Below, one piece after another: positions 19,534 through 29,389 of a stretch of 64,000 nucleotides of DNA. Numbering within the stretch: position 1 is the first letter of the stretch; each line of letters opens with the position of its first letter. Origin of the DNA: Arenibacter sp. (lineage in GTDB: Bacteria; Bacteroidota; Bacteroidia; Flavobacteriales; Flavobacteriaceae); assembly GCA_041747755.1 (NCBI GenBank), contig JBGTEN010000001.1, positions 668 through 64,667 on the forward strand, written 5' to 3'. The translations under genes and the position numbers were made by a program. The notes below the pieces were generated by a model, which saw only the letters and a list, made by a program, of their open reading frames with translations, had not been told where the DNA came from and made no database searches.

Positions 19534-19669
19534 GTCTTGCGTTTTGTTATTATTATAACTTGAGCAAGTGTATTTTGCCGGGGTGTAAATCGCTGAAAGA
19601 CATCTATTTTCGGTAATTGGGAATAATGCTGTTAAACTGCAAAAAAGTATCGATAAAGGGTAAGTACAT

Positions 19670-19677
19670 CAAAATTA
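19670..19677 (-). promoter_or_regulatory. candidate -7 box TAATTTTG for small gene 19300..19533
   Basis: Plus strand CAAAATTA equals minus strand TAATTTTG. It is flanked by ATCGAT palindromes (see findings). Confidence 0.35.
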
Positions 19678-19984
19678 GCTAATCGATGATTATTGCACTT
19701 TATCGATGTTTCTGGTGCCTACTGAAGAAAAATCAACTTAAAAGGCGGCTAGTATGAACATGAGTTGGTCAAAGAAAACAAATAATACGAAAGGTATACA
19801 GAAGTAAATCGCCAAACAGGAAAGACACTCCCTCTACCTCTCTCAAGAGGGGAGCTGTATTTTTTAGGTTTCCGATGGTCAGCAAAGCTTTCTATTGCCT
19901 CCTATGCGGAGAGCGATGGGCTTGAGGAAAGAAGGCAAAAAGCATTTCATTTCCGGTCTAGAAAGAGTTGAAATGTATATTTAA

Positions 19985-20027
19985 TCAAAAGGGGCTAGGG
20001 GTGTGAAACCTAAGTCCTCCTAGCTCC
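19985..20027 (-). terminator. intrinsic terminator after lptB
   Basis: The minus strand reads GGAGCTAGGAGG-(loop)-CCCCTAGCCCC-TTTTGA, starting 12 nt after the lptB stop. The stem has one or two mismatches. Confidence 0.5.
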
Positions 20028-20038
20028 AAAATAAGATT

Positions 20039-20779
20039 TTAAAAATCCAATTTCTTTTTACGAAGTTCAAAATTCTGACCGAGATATACTTTCCGGACCA
20101 TTTCATCAGCCGCCAAGTCCTCCGGAATACCGGATTTTAGAATCCCTCCTTCAAACATAAGATAGGAACGTTCGGTAATAGCCAACGTTTCCTGAACGTT
20201 ATGGTCGGTAATCAAAATACCAATATTCTTATCCTTTAATTGGGCAACTATGCGTTGTATGTCCTCAACAGCAACCGGGTCTACGCCTGCAAAGGGTTCG
20301 TCTAGAAGAATAAATTTGGGATCGGTAGCCAAGGCTCTGGCAATTTCCGTCCGGCGACGTTCTCCTCCGGATAATAAGTCCCCTCTATTTTTTCGAATAT
20401 GCCCTAAACCAAATTCTTCAATAAGCGACTCCATTTTCATTTCCTGTTCCTTTTTGCTCATCTTGGTCAATTGTAGAACGCTCAAAATATTTTTTTCAAT
20501 ACTTAATTTGCGAAATACGGAAGCTTCCTGTGCCAAATACCCTATACCGTTTTGGGCTCTTTTGTACATGGGAAATTTGGTTATTTCCATGTCGTCCAAA
20601 AATATTTTACCGCCATTGGGAGAAATTAGACCAACTATCATATAAAAAGAAGTAGTTTTTCCGGCTCCGTTGGGTCCCAATAAGCCTACAATTTCTCCTT
20701 GATTAACCTCTAAAGAAATTCCTCTTACTACTTGGCGTCCTCTATAGGACTTCATGATGTTTTCTGCGCGAAGTTTCAT
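20039..20779 (-). CDS. lptB: LPS export ABC transporter ATP-binding protein
   Basis: [41 protein letters not shown]. The size (246 aa) and C-terminal extension are typical of LptB. Confidence 0.92.
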   Translation of the reverse strand: MKLRAENIMKSYRGRQVVRGISLEVNQGEIVGLLGPNGAGKTTSFYMIVGLISPNGGKIFLDDMEITKFPMYKRAQNGIGYLAQEASVFRKLSIEKNILSVLQLTKMSKKEQEMKMESLIEEFGLGHIRKNRGDLLSGGERRRTEIARALATDPKFILLDEPFAGVDPVAVEDIQRIVAQLKDKNIGILITDHNVQETLAITERSYLMFEGGILKSGIPEDLAADEMVRKVYLGQNFELRKKKLDF

Positions 20780-20940
20780 CTGTTAATCTTTATTGCTTTT
20801 TAACGGTCATCCCGAACAGTCGGGTATAATTCGGCAAAAAACATTTCGGTAGGTATTCAAATTTAGTACTGCTCATTTCATGAGATATAGCAACCAAAAC
20901 TAACCATATAATTGGTTGGCAGCTTTATTTTGTCAAATTT

Positions 20941-21291
20941 TTAACCTTCATGCTGTTCCAGGGCTTCCCAATATTCATATGCCTTTCGCAAATGGGGTAC
21001 CACAATAGTTCCTCCAACAAGGGTAGCAATACCTAATGTTTCCATAACCTCTTCTTTGGTAGCACCTTCCTTATAAGAACTTTCCAAATGGTATTTCACA
21101 CAATCATCGCATCTCAATACCGCTGATGCTACCAAACCCAAAAGTTCTTTAGTTTTTACATCTAAAGCACCCTCTGCATAGGCATTGGTATCTAAATTGA
21201 ATATTCGTTTGATGATTTTGTTATTGTCTGCCAATAACTTTTCGTTCATTTTGGAACGGTATGCGTTAAATTCTTCAACTGGATTTGGCAT
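20941..21291 (-). CDS. carboxymuconolactone decarboxylase (AhpD-like) family protein
   Basis: CDDCVKYH CxxC motif in a 116-aa all-helical protein. Its start overlaps the tatC 3' end by 17 nt. Confidence 0.8.
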   Translation of the reverse strand: MPNPVEEFNAYRSKMNEKLLADNNKIIKRIFNLDTNAYAEGALDVKTKELLGLVASAVLRCDDCVKYHLESSYKEGATKEEVMETLGIATLVGGTIVVPHLRKAYEYWEALEQHEG

Positions 21292-22126
21292 TCTTTTTTC
21301 TTTTAGCTTCTTTTTTGGCTTCGTTTTTCAAAACCCGACTGGAAATAAAAATACTGACTTGATATAAAATAAGAATAGGTATTGCCACTACAATTTGGCT
21401 GGCGACATCTGGTGGTGTAATTACTGCTGATACAATGAGTACCACAACCAGTGCAATTTTCCTGTATTTTCTTAAGATTTCCGGAGTAACTAAGCCCACT
21501 TTGGTCAGAAAGTAAATAATAATGGGAAGCTCAAACATGAGTCCACAAGCTATTACGGCAGCTCGTACTGTAGAAATATAGGAGGCCAAATCAATATCAT
21601 TAAATACTTCATCACTTACAGTGTACCCACCTAAGAAATTGATTGAAAGTGGTGCGACGATATAATATCCAAAGAGAACACCGGAGAAAAATAACATAGA
21701 GGCAATAAAAATAAATCCTCTGGCATTACTACGTTCATTATCATAGAGTCCAGGCCCAATAAATTTCCACATTTCATAAAGAATATAGGGAAAGCCAACA
21801 ATAAATCCGGCCCAGATGGAAGTCCAGATATGTGCGGAAAACTGCCCTGCCATTTCCCGGCTTTGTACTCTAAACAAGGGCTCGTTACTACAAAAGGCCT
21901 CGCTGAAACCTAGCATTTGGGAAAGTTTACAAAAAAGTTTGTAGGTAGGGAAATCGGGTTTTTTCGGACCAAAAATTACGGTATCAAAAACAAAGTCCTT
22001 CATAACAAACGCAATTAGACCAATACCTACTACAGCCAAAGTAGACCGTATTAAATGCCAGCGCAATTCCTCTAAATGATCTAAGAACGACATTTCGTTG
22101 GGCGACTTACCTATCTTTTTTATCAT
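21275..22126 (-). CDS. tatC: twin-arginine translocase subunit TatC
   Basis: MSFLDHLEELRWHLIRS N-terminus, six TM helices, PGLY motif. Confidence 0.92.
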   Translation of the reverse strand: MIKKIGKSPNEMSFLDHLEELRWHLIRSTLAVVGIGLIAFVMKDFVFDTVIFGPKKPDFPTYKLFCKLSQMLGFSEAFCSNEPLFRVQSREMAGQFSAHIWTSIWAGFIVGFPYILYEMWKFIGPGLYDNERSNARGFIFIASMLFFSGVLFGYYIVAPLSINFLGGYTVSDEVFNDIDLASYISTVRAAVIACGLMFELPIIIYFLTKVGLVTPEILRKYRKIALVVVLIVSAVITPPDVASQIVVAIPILILYQVSIFISSRVLKNEAKKEAKRKKNAKSS

Positions 22127-23091
22127 TATATAATACCTTCGTTAATTAAGTTGTGCAAATGTACTACACCTAAATATTTATCTCCGCTTACAGCCAAAAG
22201 TTGCGAAATTCCCTTTTCCTGCATGATTTCCAGGGCCTTTACAGCCAATATATCACCTTCAATCGTTTTAGGATTGGAAGTCATAATATCTTTGGCTATC
22301 AAACCATTAATGGAATTGTATTTATTTAACATTCTTCTGATATCGCCGTCTGTTACAATCCCCACAATTTTATCCTGATGCGTAACAGCCGTTACCCCTA
22401 GCATTTTTTCGGAAATTTCAACAATGACTTTTTTAATATCTGCATGTAAATCTACCTCAGGTTTTTGGTTATTAACAGCAATATCCGAAACACGTAAATA
22501 CAAGCGTTTGCCTAGGGCACCACCCGGATGGTATTTTGCAAAATCTTTACTGCTAAACCCTCTTAATTCTAAAAGGGATATGGCTAAGGCATCTCCCATA
22601 ACCAATTGGGCTGTAGTGCTGGTGGTGGGTGCCAAATTATGGGGACAAGCTTCTTTCTCTACAAAAGTATTTAATACAAAATCTACATTTTTGGCGAGAT
22701 AAGAAGAATTGTTTCCGGTAATTCCAATCAATTTGTTTTTACCTCTTTTTATGAGTGGTACTAACATTTTTATTTCTGCGGTATTCCCACTTTTAGAAAT
22801 TAAAATAACCACATCATTACCCTGTATGGTGCCTAAATCCCCATGAATAGCATCGGCAGCATGCATAAAAAGGGCAGGAGTACCTGTAGAATTTAAGGTA
22901 GCAACAATTTTAGAAGCAATAATGGCACTTTTACCAACTCCGGAAATAACGACTCTTCCTTCGGATTTTAGAATACAGTTGACGGCATTTGCAAAGTCCT
23001 CGTTTAATAAAGAAATAAGGTTATGAATAGCCTCGCTTTCTGTGTTAATTGTTTTCTTGGCTATGTCCAGTATAGCTTTGGTATTGCTCAA
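22126..23091 (-). CDS. kpsF: KpsF/GutQ-family arabinose-5-phosphate isomerase (SIS + 2xCBS)
   Basis: SIS motif VVISGVGKSAIIASKI and a tandem CBS pair at the C-terminus. The stop overlaps the tatC start by 1 nt (TAATG). Confidence 0.9.
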   Translation of the reverse strand: MSNTKAILDIAKKTINTESEAIHNLISLLNEDFANAVNCILKSEGRVVISGVGKSAIIASKIVATLNSTGTPALFMHAADAIHGDLGTIQGNDVVILISKSGNTAEIKMLVPLIKRGKNKLIGITGNNSSYLAKNVDFVLNTFVEKEACPHNLAPTTSTTAQLVMGDALAISLLELRGFSSKDFAKYHPGGALGKRLYLRVSDIAVNNQKPEVDLHADIKKVIVEISEKMLGVTAVTHQDKIVGIVTDGDIRRMLNKYNSINGLIAKDIMTSNPKTIEGDILAVKALEIMQEKGISQLLAVSGDKYLGVVHLHNLINEGII

Positions 23092-23147
23092 AGTAATATT
23101 AAAATTTAGTGGTTGTATTCCTAAAAGAATGTATTATATTTAGGTTA

Positions 23148-23155
23148 CAAAATTA
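23148..23155 (-). promoter_or_regulatory. candidate -7 box TAATTTTG for the kpsF-tatC operon
   Basis: Plus strand CAAAATTA equals minus strand TAATTTTG, about 57 nt upstream of the kpsF ATG. No well-spaced -33. Confidence 0.35.
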
Positions 23156-23293
23156 CACAAACTTAACTTTATTAGATATTTTAAATTCAAACAAAATAAA
23201 AGTGTTCAAAAACTCCATTTAGATGGGAGAATACGTGGAATCCGTATTTAAGGTTTATGGTTTTTTGAATAAATTTTAATAGTAAAACATGAT

Positions 23294-25495
23294 ATGGATT
23301 TGAATGAAATTGATTTACATGCCCCGTTGAAAAAATATTTTGGATTTTCCAAATTTAAGGGCCTACAGGAAGAAGTAATCAAGAATATTGTAAACAGGAA
23401 GAATACTTTTGTTATCATGCCAACAGGTGGCGGAAAATCATTGTGCTACCAACTCCCTGCATTAATGACTGAAGGAACGGCGATAGTGGTATCCCCATTA
23501 ATTGCCCTTATGAAGAATCAGGTAGATGCTATACGCGGCGTATCTTCTCAAAATGGAATAGCCCATGTACTTAATTCTTCATTGACCAAAACAGAAATTC
23601 GAGAGGTAAAGCAGGACATTACCGATGGCGTAACCAAATTATTGTATGTAGCGCCTGAATCTTTGACTAAGGAAGACTACGTGGATTTTTTACAAACGGT
23701 AAAGGTATCCTTTGTGGCTGTAGATGAAGCGCATTGTATTTCTGAATGGGGACATGATTTTAGACCGGAATACAGAAATTTAAGAGCAATAATTAACAGA
23801 TTAGGCGCTGATATTCCCATCATTGGTTTAACAGCTACCGCTACTCCTAAAGTGCAGGAAGATATTATAAAAAATCTGGGGATTAATGATGCAAAACTGT
23901 TTAAGGCCTCTTTCAATAGACCCAATCTCTTTTATGAGGTGCGACCAAAAACGCAAAATGTAGATGGGGATATTATTCGTTTTGTAAAACAAAATGCTGG
24001 TAAGTCCGGTATTATTTATTGTTTAAGTAGAAAAAGGGTAGAGGAATTGGCTCAGGTACTGCAAGTTAATGGGATTAGTGCGGTTCCATATCATGCAGGT
24101 TTTGACGGGAAAACGCGGTCAAAATATCAGGATATGTTTCTTATGGAGGATGTAAATGTGGTTGTGGCCACCATTGCATTTGGTATGGGTATAGATAAAC
24201 CGGATGTGCGCTATGTAATTCATCATGATATGCCCAAAAGCATTGAAAGCTACTACCAAGAAACCGGACGGGCAGGAAGAGACGGAGGTGAAGGCCATTG
24301 CCTAGCTTTTTATTCTTATAAGGATATAGAGAAATTAGAAAAATTCATGTCGGGTAAGCCCGTAGCAGAACAGGAAATTGGTAATGCATTATTGCAGGAA
24401 ATTGTGGCCTTTGCAGAAACTTCTGTCTCCCGGAGAAAGTTCATTTTACATTATTTTGGAGAAGAGTTTGATGAGGTAAATGGGGAGGGGGCAGATATGG
24501 ATGATAATACCAGAAATCCCAAAGAAAAACAGGAAGCCAAGGATGATGTTGTAAAACTTATTAAAGTTGTACAGGATACTAATGAGAAATTCAAATCCAA
24601 AGAAATCGTTAAAATTTTATGTGGTAAGGTAAACGCCATTATATCATCTCATAAAACCGATGCTAAACCCTTTTTTGGTATTGGAGCGGATAAAGACAAA
24701 GGGTACTGGATGGCTTTGGTAAGGCAAGCTTTGGTGGGAGGTTTTTTAAAGAAGGAAATTGAACAGTATGGAATTTTGCACCTTACGCCAAAGGGACTGG
24801 ACTTTTTGAAGAATCCTGTTTCGTTTATGATGACGAAAGATCATGTCTATAACAAAGAAGCAGACGAGGCTATTGTAAGTGCAGCCAAGACCAGTGGAGG
24901 TGCTGCAGATGAAAACTTATTACACCTTTTAAAAGACTTGCGTAAATCTGAAGCCAAGAAATTGGGAGTCCCTCCGTTTGTAGTTTTTCAGGATCCGTCG
25001 TTAGAAGATATGGCTTTAAAGTATCCTATTTCTATGGATGAGCTTATTAATATTCACGGGGTAGGAGACGGAAAGGCCAAAAAGTATGGTAAGCCATTTC
25101 TGGAGTTGATTAATACCTATGTGGAGGAGAATGATATTCTAAGACCGGACGATCTTGTTGTAAAAAGCACCGGTGCTAATTCTGCTTTAAAATTGTATAT
25201 CATTCAAAATATAGACCGTAAGTTGCCTTTAGATGATATTGCATCTTCTAAAGGCTTAGCCTTGCCCGAGCTTATAAAAGAAATGGAGCAAATAGTTTTT
25301 AGCGGTACAAAGCTCAACCTTGGATATTGGATTGATGAGATTTTGGATGAAGATCAGCAGGAAGAAATACATGAATATTTTTTGGAGGCCAAAACAGACA
25401 ATTTGGATGAAGCCTTAAAAGAGTTTGATGGGGAATATGAAGATGAGGAACTAAGACTCTACCGCTTAAAATTCATGAGCGAGGTGGCCAACTGA
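23294..25495 (+). CDS. recQ: ATP-dependent DNA helicase RecQ
   Basis: MPTGGGKSLCYQLPA, DEAHCISEWGHDFRPEY, ATIAFGMGIDKPDVRYVIH, QETGRAGRDG, plus a C-terminal HRDC region. Confidence 0.95.
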   Translation: MDLNEIDLHAPLKKYFGFSKFKGLQEEVIKNIVNRKNTFVIMPTGGGKSLCYQLPALMTEGTAIVVSPLIALMKNQVDAIRGVSSQNGIAHVLNSSLTKTEIREVKQDITDGVTKLLYVAPESLTKEDYVDFLQTVKVSFVAVDEAHCISEWGHDFRPEYRNLRAIINRLGADIPIIGLTATATPKVQEDIIKNLGINDAKLFKASFNRPNLFYEVRPKTQNVDGDIIRFVKQNAGKSGIIYCLSRKRVEELAQVLQVNGISAVPYHAGFDGKTRSKYQDMFLMEDVNVVVATIAFGMGIDKPDVRYVIHHDMPKSIESYYQETGRAGRDGGEGHCLAFYSYKDIEKLEKFMSGKPVAEQEIGNALLQEIVAFAETSVSRRKFILHYFGEEFDEVNGEGADMDDNTRNPKEKQEAKDDVVKLIKVVQDTNEKFKSKEIVKILCGKVNAIISSHKTDAKPFFGIGADKDKGYWMALVRQALVGGFLKKEIEQYGILHLTPKGLDFLKNPVSFMMTKDHVYNKEADEAIVSAAKTSGGAADENLLHLLKDLRKSEAKKLGVPPFVVFQDPSLEDMALKYPISMDELINIHGVGDGKAKKYGKPFLELINTYVEENDILRPDDLVVKSTGANSALKLYIIQNIDRKLPLDDIASSKGLALPELIKEMEQIVFSGTKLNLGYWIDEILDEDQQEEIHEYFLEAKTDNLDEALKEFDGEYEDEELRLYRLKFMSEVAN

Positions 25496-25524
25496 TTTCA
25501 TACATTTACTTTGTTTGCAAACAT

Positions 25525-25561
25525 AAAAAAATCGACCTGTAAGAGTCGATTTTTTTTTTTA
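25525..25561. terminator. bidirectional intrinsic terminator between convergent recQ and 25578..26915
   Basis: AAAAAAATCGAC-CTGTAAGA-GTCGATTTTTTTTTTT, a stem flanked by an A-run and an 11-T run. Confidence 0.75.
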
Positions 25562-25577
25562 AGCCGGTTTATTTGGT

Positions 25578-26915
25578 TTATGGCATTATCGAAGCCGATT
25601 CTTCACTTGAGGAATTCGTTCTTTTTAATTGTCGCTGTATTTTTTTAATTGCCGACTCAATAGACTTCTCAGGTTCTATGATATTATATTCCCCCCAAAA
25701 ATCAGGATCAGTGAAACCAATAGCGGCATCTTCTAAAATGATGGTAGAGCGCAATCTATCTTTAAGTTTAGGGCTCGTTCCGGTCACATTCTGTTCCCAG
25801 TCTGTAATGGCCATTTCGCAAGACATGCTATAGGTAGAGTTAAATAACCTGTCGGACCAATTAATTCTAAATTCCATCAAGACATTACTGTAACCGTAAA
25901 ACCACTTACCATTTTTTTCCCTGTAATCCACTCGGTAGGCGACATCCGTTGGCCAAACTCTGGCATTCGCCGGCTTTTTGCGCACAAACATTTGTGCTGC
26001 TTTATCCCTATTGGTAATGTTTAAAGAATAAATGGCGCTGGTTAGAATTTTGTTCTCCGCATCTATAAAAAGCTGACCCTTATAAAGAGGTTCATCAATA
26101 CCTTCGAATTGTCTAAAATTCACTATATAAATCAACCTGTCATTAACTCGGGTAGAATTTTCAAAGGTAAAGACATAGTTAGAAATTCCTTCATCACTAA
26201 AAATATACTCCGGATATTTCATGATATCTACAAACAGCGCATTAAAGGGTCCACCTTGTAATTTTAAAGTCAATGTATCTAACTTGCTGTAATCGGTGCT
26301 TTTACGAGCTTTATACAGTTGTACCGCATCTTTGCGTTCCGAATTATAGGGCGATTTGTAGATGTTTACAACCGCTTCACTTAATGACACGTTCCTTTTT
26401 CTACGTTTAATAGTTTCACGATAAAAGCCCGTCATTAAAATAGGGTTGTTAAAGTAATTCTCTCCTTTACGCTTAAGAGTTTCTCGTACCAAGTTAGTAG
26501 CATCCTTGGGCGCTGCTAAACTGATTTCAGTGAGCTCGGTTACTGATACTGTCAGCGGGATCCGGTTTCTATCCCCTTGTAAATCAGACAAGGCAACTGA
26601 TGCAGTTTTATACCCTAGAAAAGATACTATTACATTCCCATCGGTAATGTCTTTTGGAACTTTAAGAGAAAACTGTCCTTCGGTATTAGTTACCGTACTG
26701 ATGTTAGAGTTTTCTAAAGTTAAAGTTGCAAAGACCAGTGGAGTCTTTGTTTGACTATCAACAACTTCTCCTTTATATTGATTAAAGTTTAGGTTGTCTT
26801 GTTCGTCTTGAAAAAAAGCGGACGCTTTAGTAAGCCCCACCACCCCGAAACAAAATACTGCTAAGAGTATAGGAAACAGGGATTTTTTTGGTAAAGATTT
26901 GTTTTTGTGTACCAT
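25578..26915 (-). CDS. carboxypeptidase-regulatory-like domain protein
   Basis: VVDSQTKTPLVFATLTLENSNISTVTNTEGQFSLKVP is a CarboxypepD_reg-like fold signature. ATG 26915 (MVHKNKSLPKKSLFPILLAVFCFGV) gives a signal anchor. The tracked ORF extends to 26984. Confidence 0.7.
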   Translation of the reverse strand: MVHKNKSLPKKSLFPILLAVFCFGVVGLTKASAFFQDEQDNLNFNQYKGEVVDSQTKTPLVFATLTLENSNISTVTNTEGQFSLKVPKDITDGNVIVSFLGYKTASVALSDLQGDRNRIPLTVSVTELTEISLAAPKDATNLVRETLKRKGENYFNNPILMTGFYRETIKRRKRNVSLSEAVVNIYKSPYNSERKDAVQLYKARKSTDYSKLDTLTLKLQGGPFNALFVDIMKYPEYIFSDEGISNYVFTFENSTRVNDRLIYIVNFRQFEGIDEPLYKGQLFIDAENKILTSAIYSLNITNRDKAAQMFVRKKPANARVWPTDVAYRVDYREKNGKWFYGYSNVLMEFRINWSDRLFNSTYSMSCEMAITDWEQNVTGTSPKLKDRLRSTIILEDAAIGFTDPDFWGEYNIIEPEKSIESAIKKIQRQLKRTNSSSEESASIMP

Positions 26916-27083
26916 GATGAAAAAATTATCAATATAAATTTGATATGCTACAATGGTTACACCTAAGTTAGTGATTTTTAACAAAGTAGATTCTTAAATT
27001 TTATATAATTATTTAAAAATCAACTTTCAAATTACAGATAATGCCGTTAGCATACCATTACTTTGATGATTTCCTAATATGAG

Positions 27084-27929
27084 TTAGTTTTTAAATAGTG
27101 ATTGTAGCCAAATTTCGGCAAGTTTTGGCCAAGTCTCGGCTGCAGGTTTTCCTTGCCTTAGGCCATATCCATGTCCTCCATAGGGCATTACGTGGAGTTC
27201 TACAGGAACTTTGGCATCACGGAGCGCCGCGGTCATGACCAGAGCGCTGTTAGCATGCGAATCATCAGCAGTTACGAATAGAAACATAGGAGGTGTTTCT
27301 GAAGTGACATGTAGCTCTTCAGTTAATGTTCTATTCTCTCCTTGATCCAAATAAGCCGGATAAATTAAAAGAGAGAAGTTAGGCTTGCTTGATACAATAT
27401 CCACAGAATCCATCCCGGGATAGGTTTCTTTGTTAAAATTGGTACTGGCTCTGGCACTTAAGTTTCCTCCTGCGGAAAACCCCAGTACGCCAATCTTATT
27501 TGAATCCAGTTCCCAATTCTTTGCGTTTGCCCGAACAATACGAATAGCGCGCTGCAGGTCTTGAAGAGCCCCTGTTCGCTGATCCGGCACGCGGTAGTGC
27601 AAAACAAAGGCAGTATACCCCATATCAGAAAGCCATTTGGCAATTTCATCACCCTCCAGATTTGCTGCCAGAATATGATAGCCACCACCAGGGCTTATGA
27701 TGATACTAGCTCCGTTTTTTTTTGTCGCATTGGGTTCAAAAATGGTTAGGATTGGATTGGATACTTGCGTAATGCGCAAGAGATTAGTCGCCGAATCAAG
27801 TACTTGTATTGCAGGTTGTTTTGGAGTGTTACTGCCGGGAATTTTATCCGGCCATACAGAGAGAATGTTGTTGCTTTGAGAATAAATTTGGCAACTAAAA
27901 AGCACAATAAGTAAAAGTATTAACTTCAT
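27084..27929 (-). CDS. secreted alpha/beta hydrolase (esterase/lipase)
   Basis: Signal peptide, oxyanion region SPGGGY, nucleophile elbow GFSAGG, C-terminal GGHGY. Confidence 0.8.
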   Translation of the reverse strand: MKLILLLIVLFSCQIYSQSNNILSVWPDKIPGSNTPKQPAIQVLDSATNLLRITQVSNPILTIFEPNATKKNGASIIISPGGGYHILAANLEGDEIAKWLSDMGYTAFVLHYRVPDQRTGALQDLQRAIRIVRANAKNWELDSNKIGVLGFSAGGNLSARASTNFNKETYPGMDSVDIVSSKPNFSLLIYPAYLDQGENRTLTEELHVTSETPPMFLFVTADDSHANSALVMTAALRDAKVPVELHVMPYGGHGYGLRQGKPAAETWPKLAEIWLQSLFKN

Positions 27930-28116
27930 GTTTTTTTAGAGAAATATACTCATTTTTGTTGAGGTTATTTGAGACATTGTTTTTGAAAAGGCTAGCAGCG
28001 GAATACAGCAATCAAAAATTAAGATGAACATAGGCTAATCCTGGTTTGTGTTAGCGCTTCAAATGGGTCATATTATTGGCACTAAAACAAAAACATGTTA
28101 GAACCATGATTAAGAC

Positions 28117-29373
28117 CTAAATATCATCCAATTTATGTTTTCTCTTATTTTTTTTAAAATAATTAATTAGTGTTGGGGCTGTAAGCCCATGCAAAATAAT
28201 TGAAAAGAGAATAATATAAGCGGTAATGGAATACAGTTCTAATTTGTTTTCAAAAGCATCAGTTTGCAAAAAGGCCCATGAAAGGTAAAACACGGAACCT
28301 ACACCACGGATACCCAGAAAACTGATGGCTAGCTTATTTTTAAAAGAATCTTTAATACCCATCAAACCTGCAAGACCCGCCAATGGGCGAACCACCACTA
28401 CGAAAAGAGCACTAAAAAGGATGCCTTTCCAATCCGTTAATCCCAGGATACCGTTCATGATGGTTCCACCAAAAAGGATGAGCCATACAACAATTAAAAG
28501 GTGTTCAATTTCGTGATTAAAATCATGCATTTTTTTCTTGTAATTCCCACTCAAATTCTCAGAATAACGTAAACTAAGTCCGGTAAAAAAAACAGCCATA
28601 AAGCCATATCCATGCATTAATTCCGACAAACCATAAACCGCGAACGTCAGCGAAAGGGCTAAAAAACCGTCATAGGTTTTTATGTTCTTCCATTCTTTGA
28701 GCTTTGGTATCAGGTAGCCAATTAATCTACCTACCAGAATTCCTAATATCACGCCTATGATAATTTTTAAAAGCAATTTATCCCAGAACCAATTACTGAA
28801 GTTAAAAGCAGCATAACTTCCCGCTTGAGCAACCAATACCGCTAAATAGGTAAATGGAAATGCCATACCATCATTTAATCCTGCCTCTGCTGTAAGGGTA
28901 AAACGGATTTTATCCTTTAATTTATCTTCCCTTTCAGGATCATCCAGCTGCACGTCGGAAGCTAAGACAGGATCCGTCGGAGTTAAAACGGCAGCCAATA
29001 ATAGCGAAGCCGGAATACTTAGTGTTAAGAAATAAATTCCAAAAAAATACGCAGCCAACATGGTCAGGGGCATGGTAATGGCAATTAACAACAGGGGTCT
29101 TTTCCAAGCTTTAAATGAATAATCGCTCCCAATTTTTAAACCCGCTCCCATTAGAGAAATGATTACAATAGCTTCCGAGAAAATCATCATGGATTTATCA
29201 TTCCACAAAAATTCTGACCAACCCAAAGGCGTTCCTAAAAAATAAAGCACAATCCCAATGGGTAATAAAATTATTGGGGCGCTAATTTTTATTTTCTGGG
29301 AAATAGAAGGCAACCACGCCATAAATAACGTTGCAAAACCTAAACTGGCAAGTAAGAGATAGTGGTCTTTCAA
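28117..29373 (-). CDS. cation:proton antiporter (Na+/H+ exchanger family)
   Basis: About 12 TM segments. TPTDPVLAS and AEAGLNDGMAFPF motifs are typical of CPA1-type exchangers. Confidence 0.85.
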   Translation of the reverse strand: MKDHYLLLASLGFATLFMAWLPSISQKIKISAPIILLPIGIVLYFLGTPLGWSEFLWNDKSMMIFSEAIVIISLMGAGLKIGSDYSFKAWKRPLLLIAITMPLTMLAAYFFGIYFLTLSIPASLLLAAVLTPTDPVLASDVQLDDPEREDKLKDKIRFTLTAEAGLNDGMAFPFTYLAVLVAQAGSYAAFNFSNWFWDKLLLKIIIGVILGILVGRLIGYLIPKLKEWKNIKTYDGFLALSLTFAVYGLSELMHGYGFMAVFFTGLSLRYSENLSGNYKKKMHDFNHEIEHLLIVVWLILFGGTIMNGILGLTDWKGILFSALFVVVVRPLAGLAGLMGIKDSFKNKLAISFLGIRGVGSVFYLSWAFLQTDAFENKLELYSITAYIILFSIILHGLTAPTLINYFKKNKRKHKLDDI

Positions 29374-29389
29374 CGGATTAGTTATTTTA

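Noticed and set aside
19921-20010. GAGGAAAG (19924-19931) and GGTGTGAAAC (about 19999-20008) resemble the RNase P RNA conserved regions (GAGGAAAGUCC, AGGGUGAAA).
   Set aside because: The match stops after 8 nt (GAGGAAAGaaggc versus GAGGAAAGUCCGG). Only about 110 nt remain before lptB, whereas the rest of a 330-400-nt rnpB would have to follow CR-I. No other conserved RNase P blocks are present.
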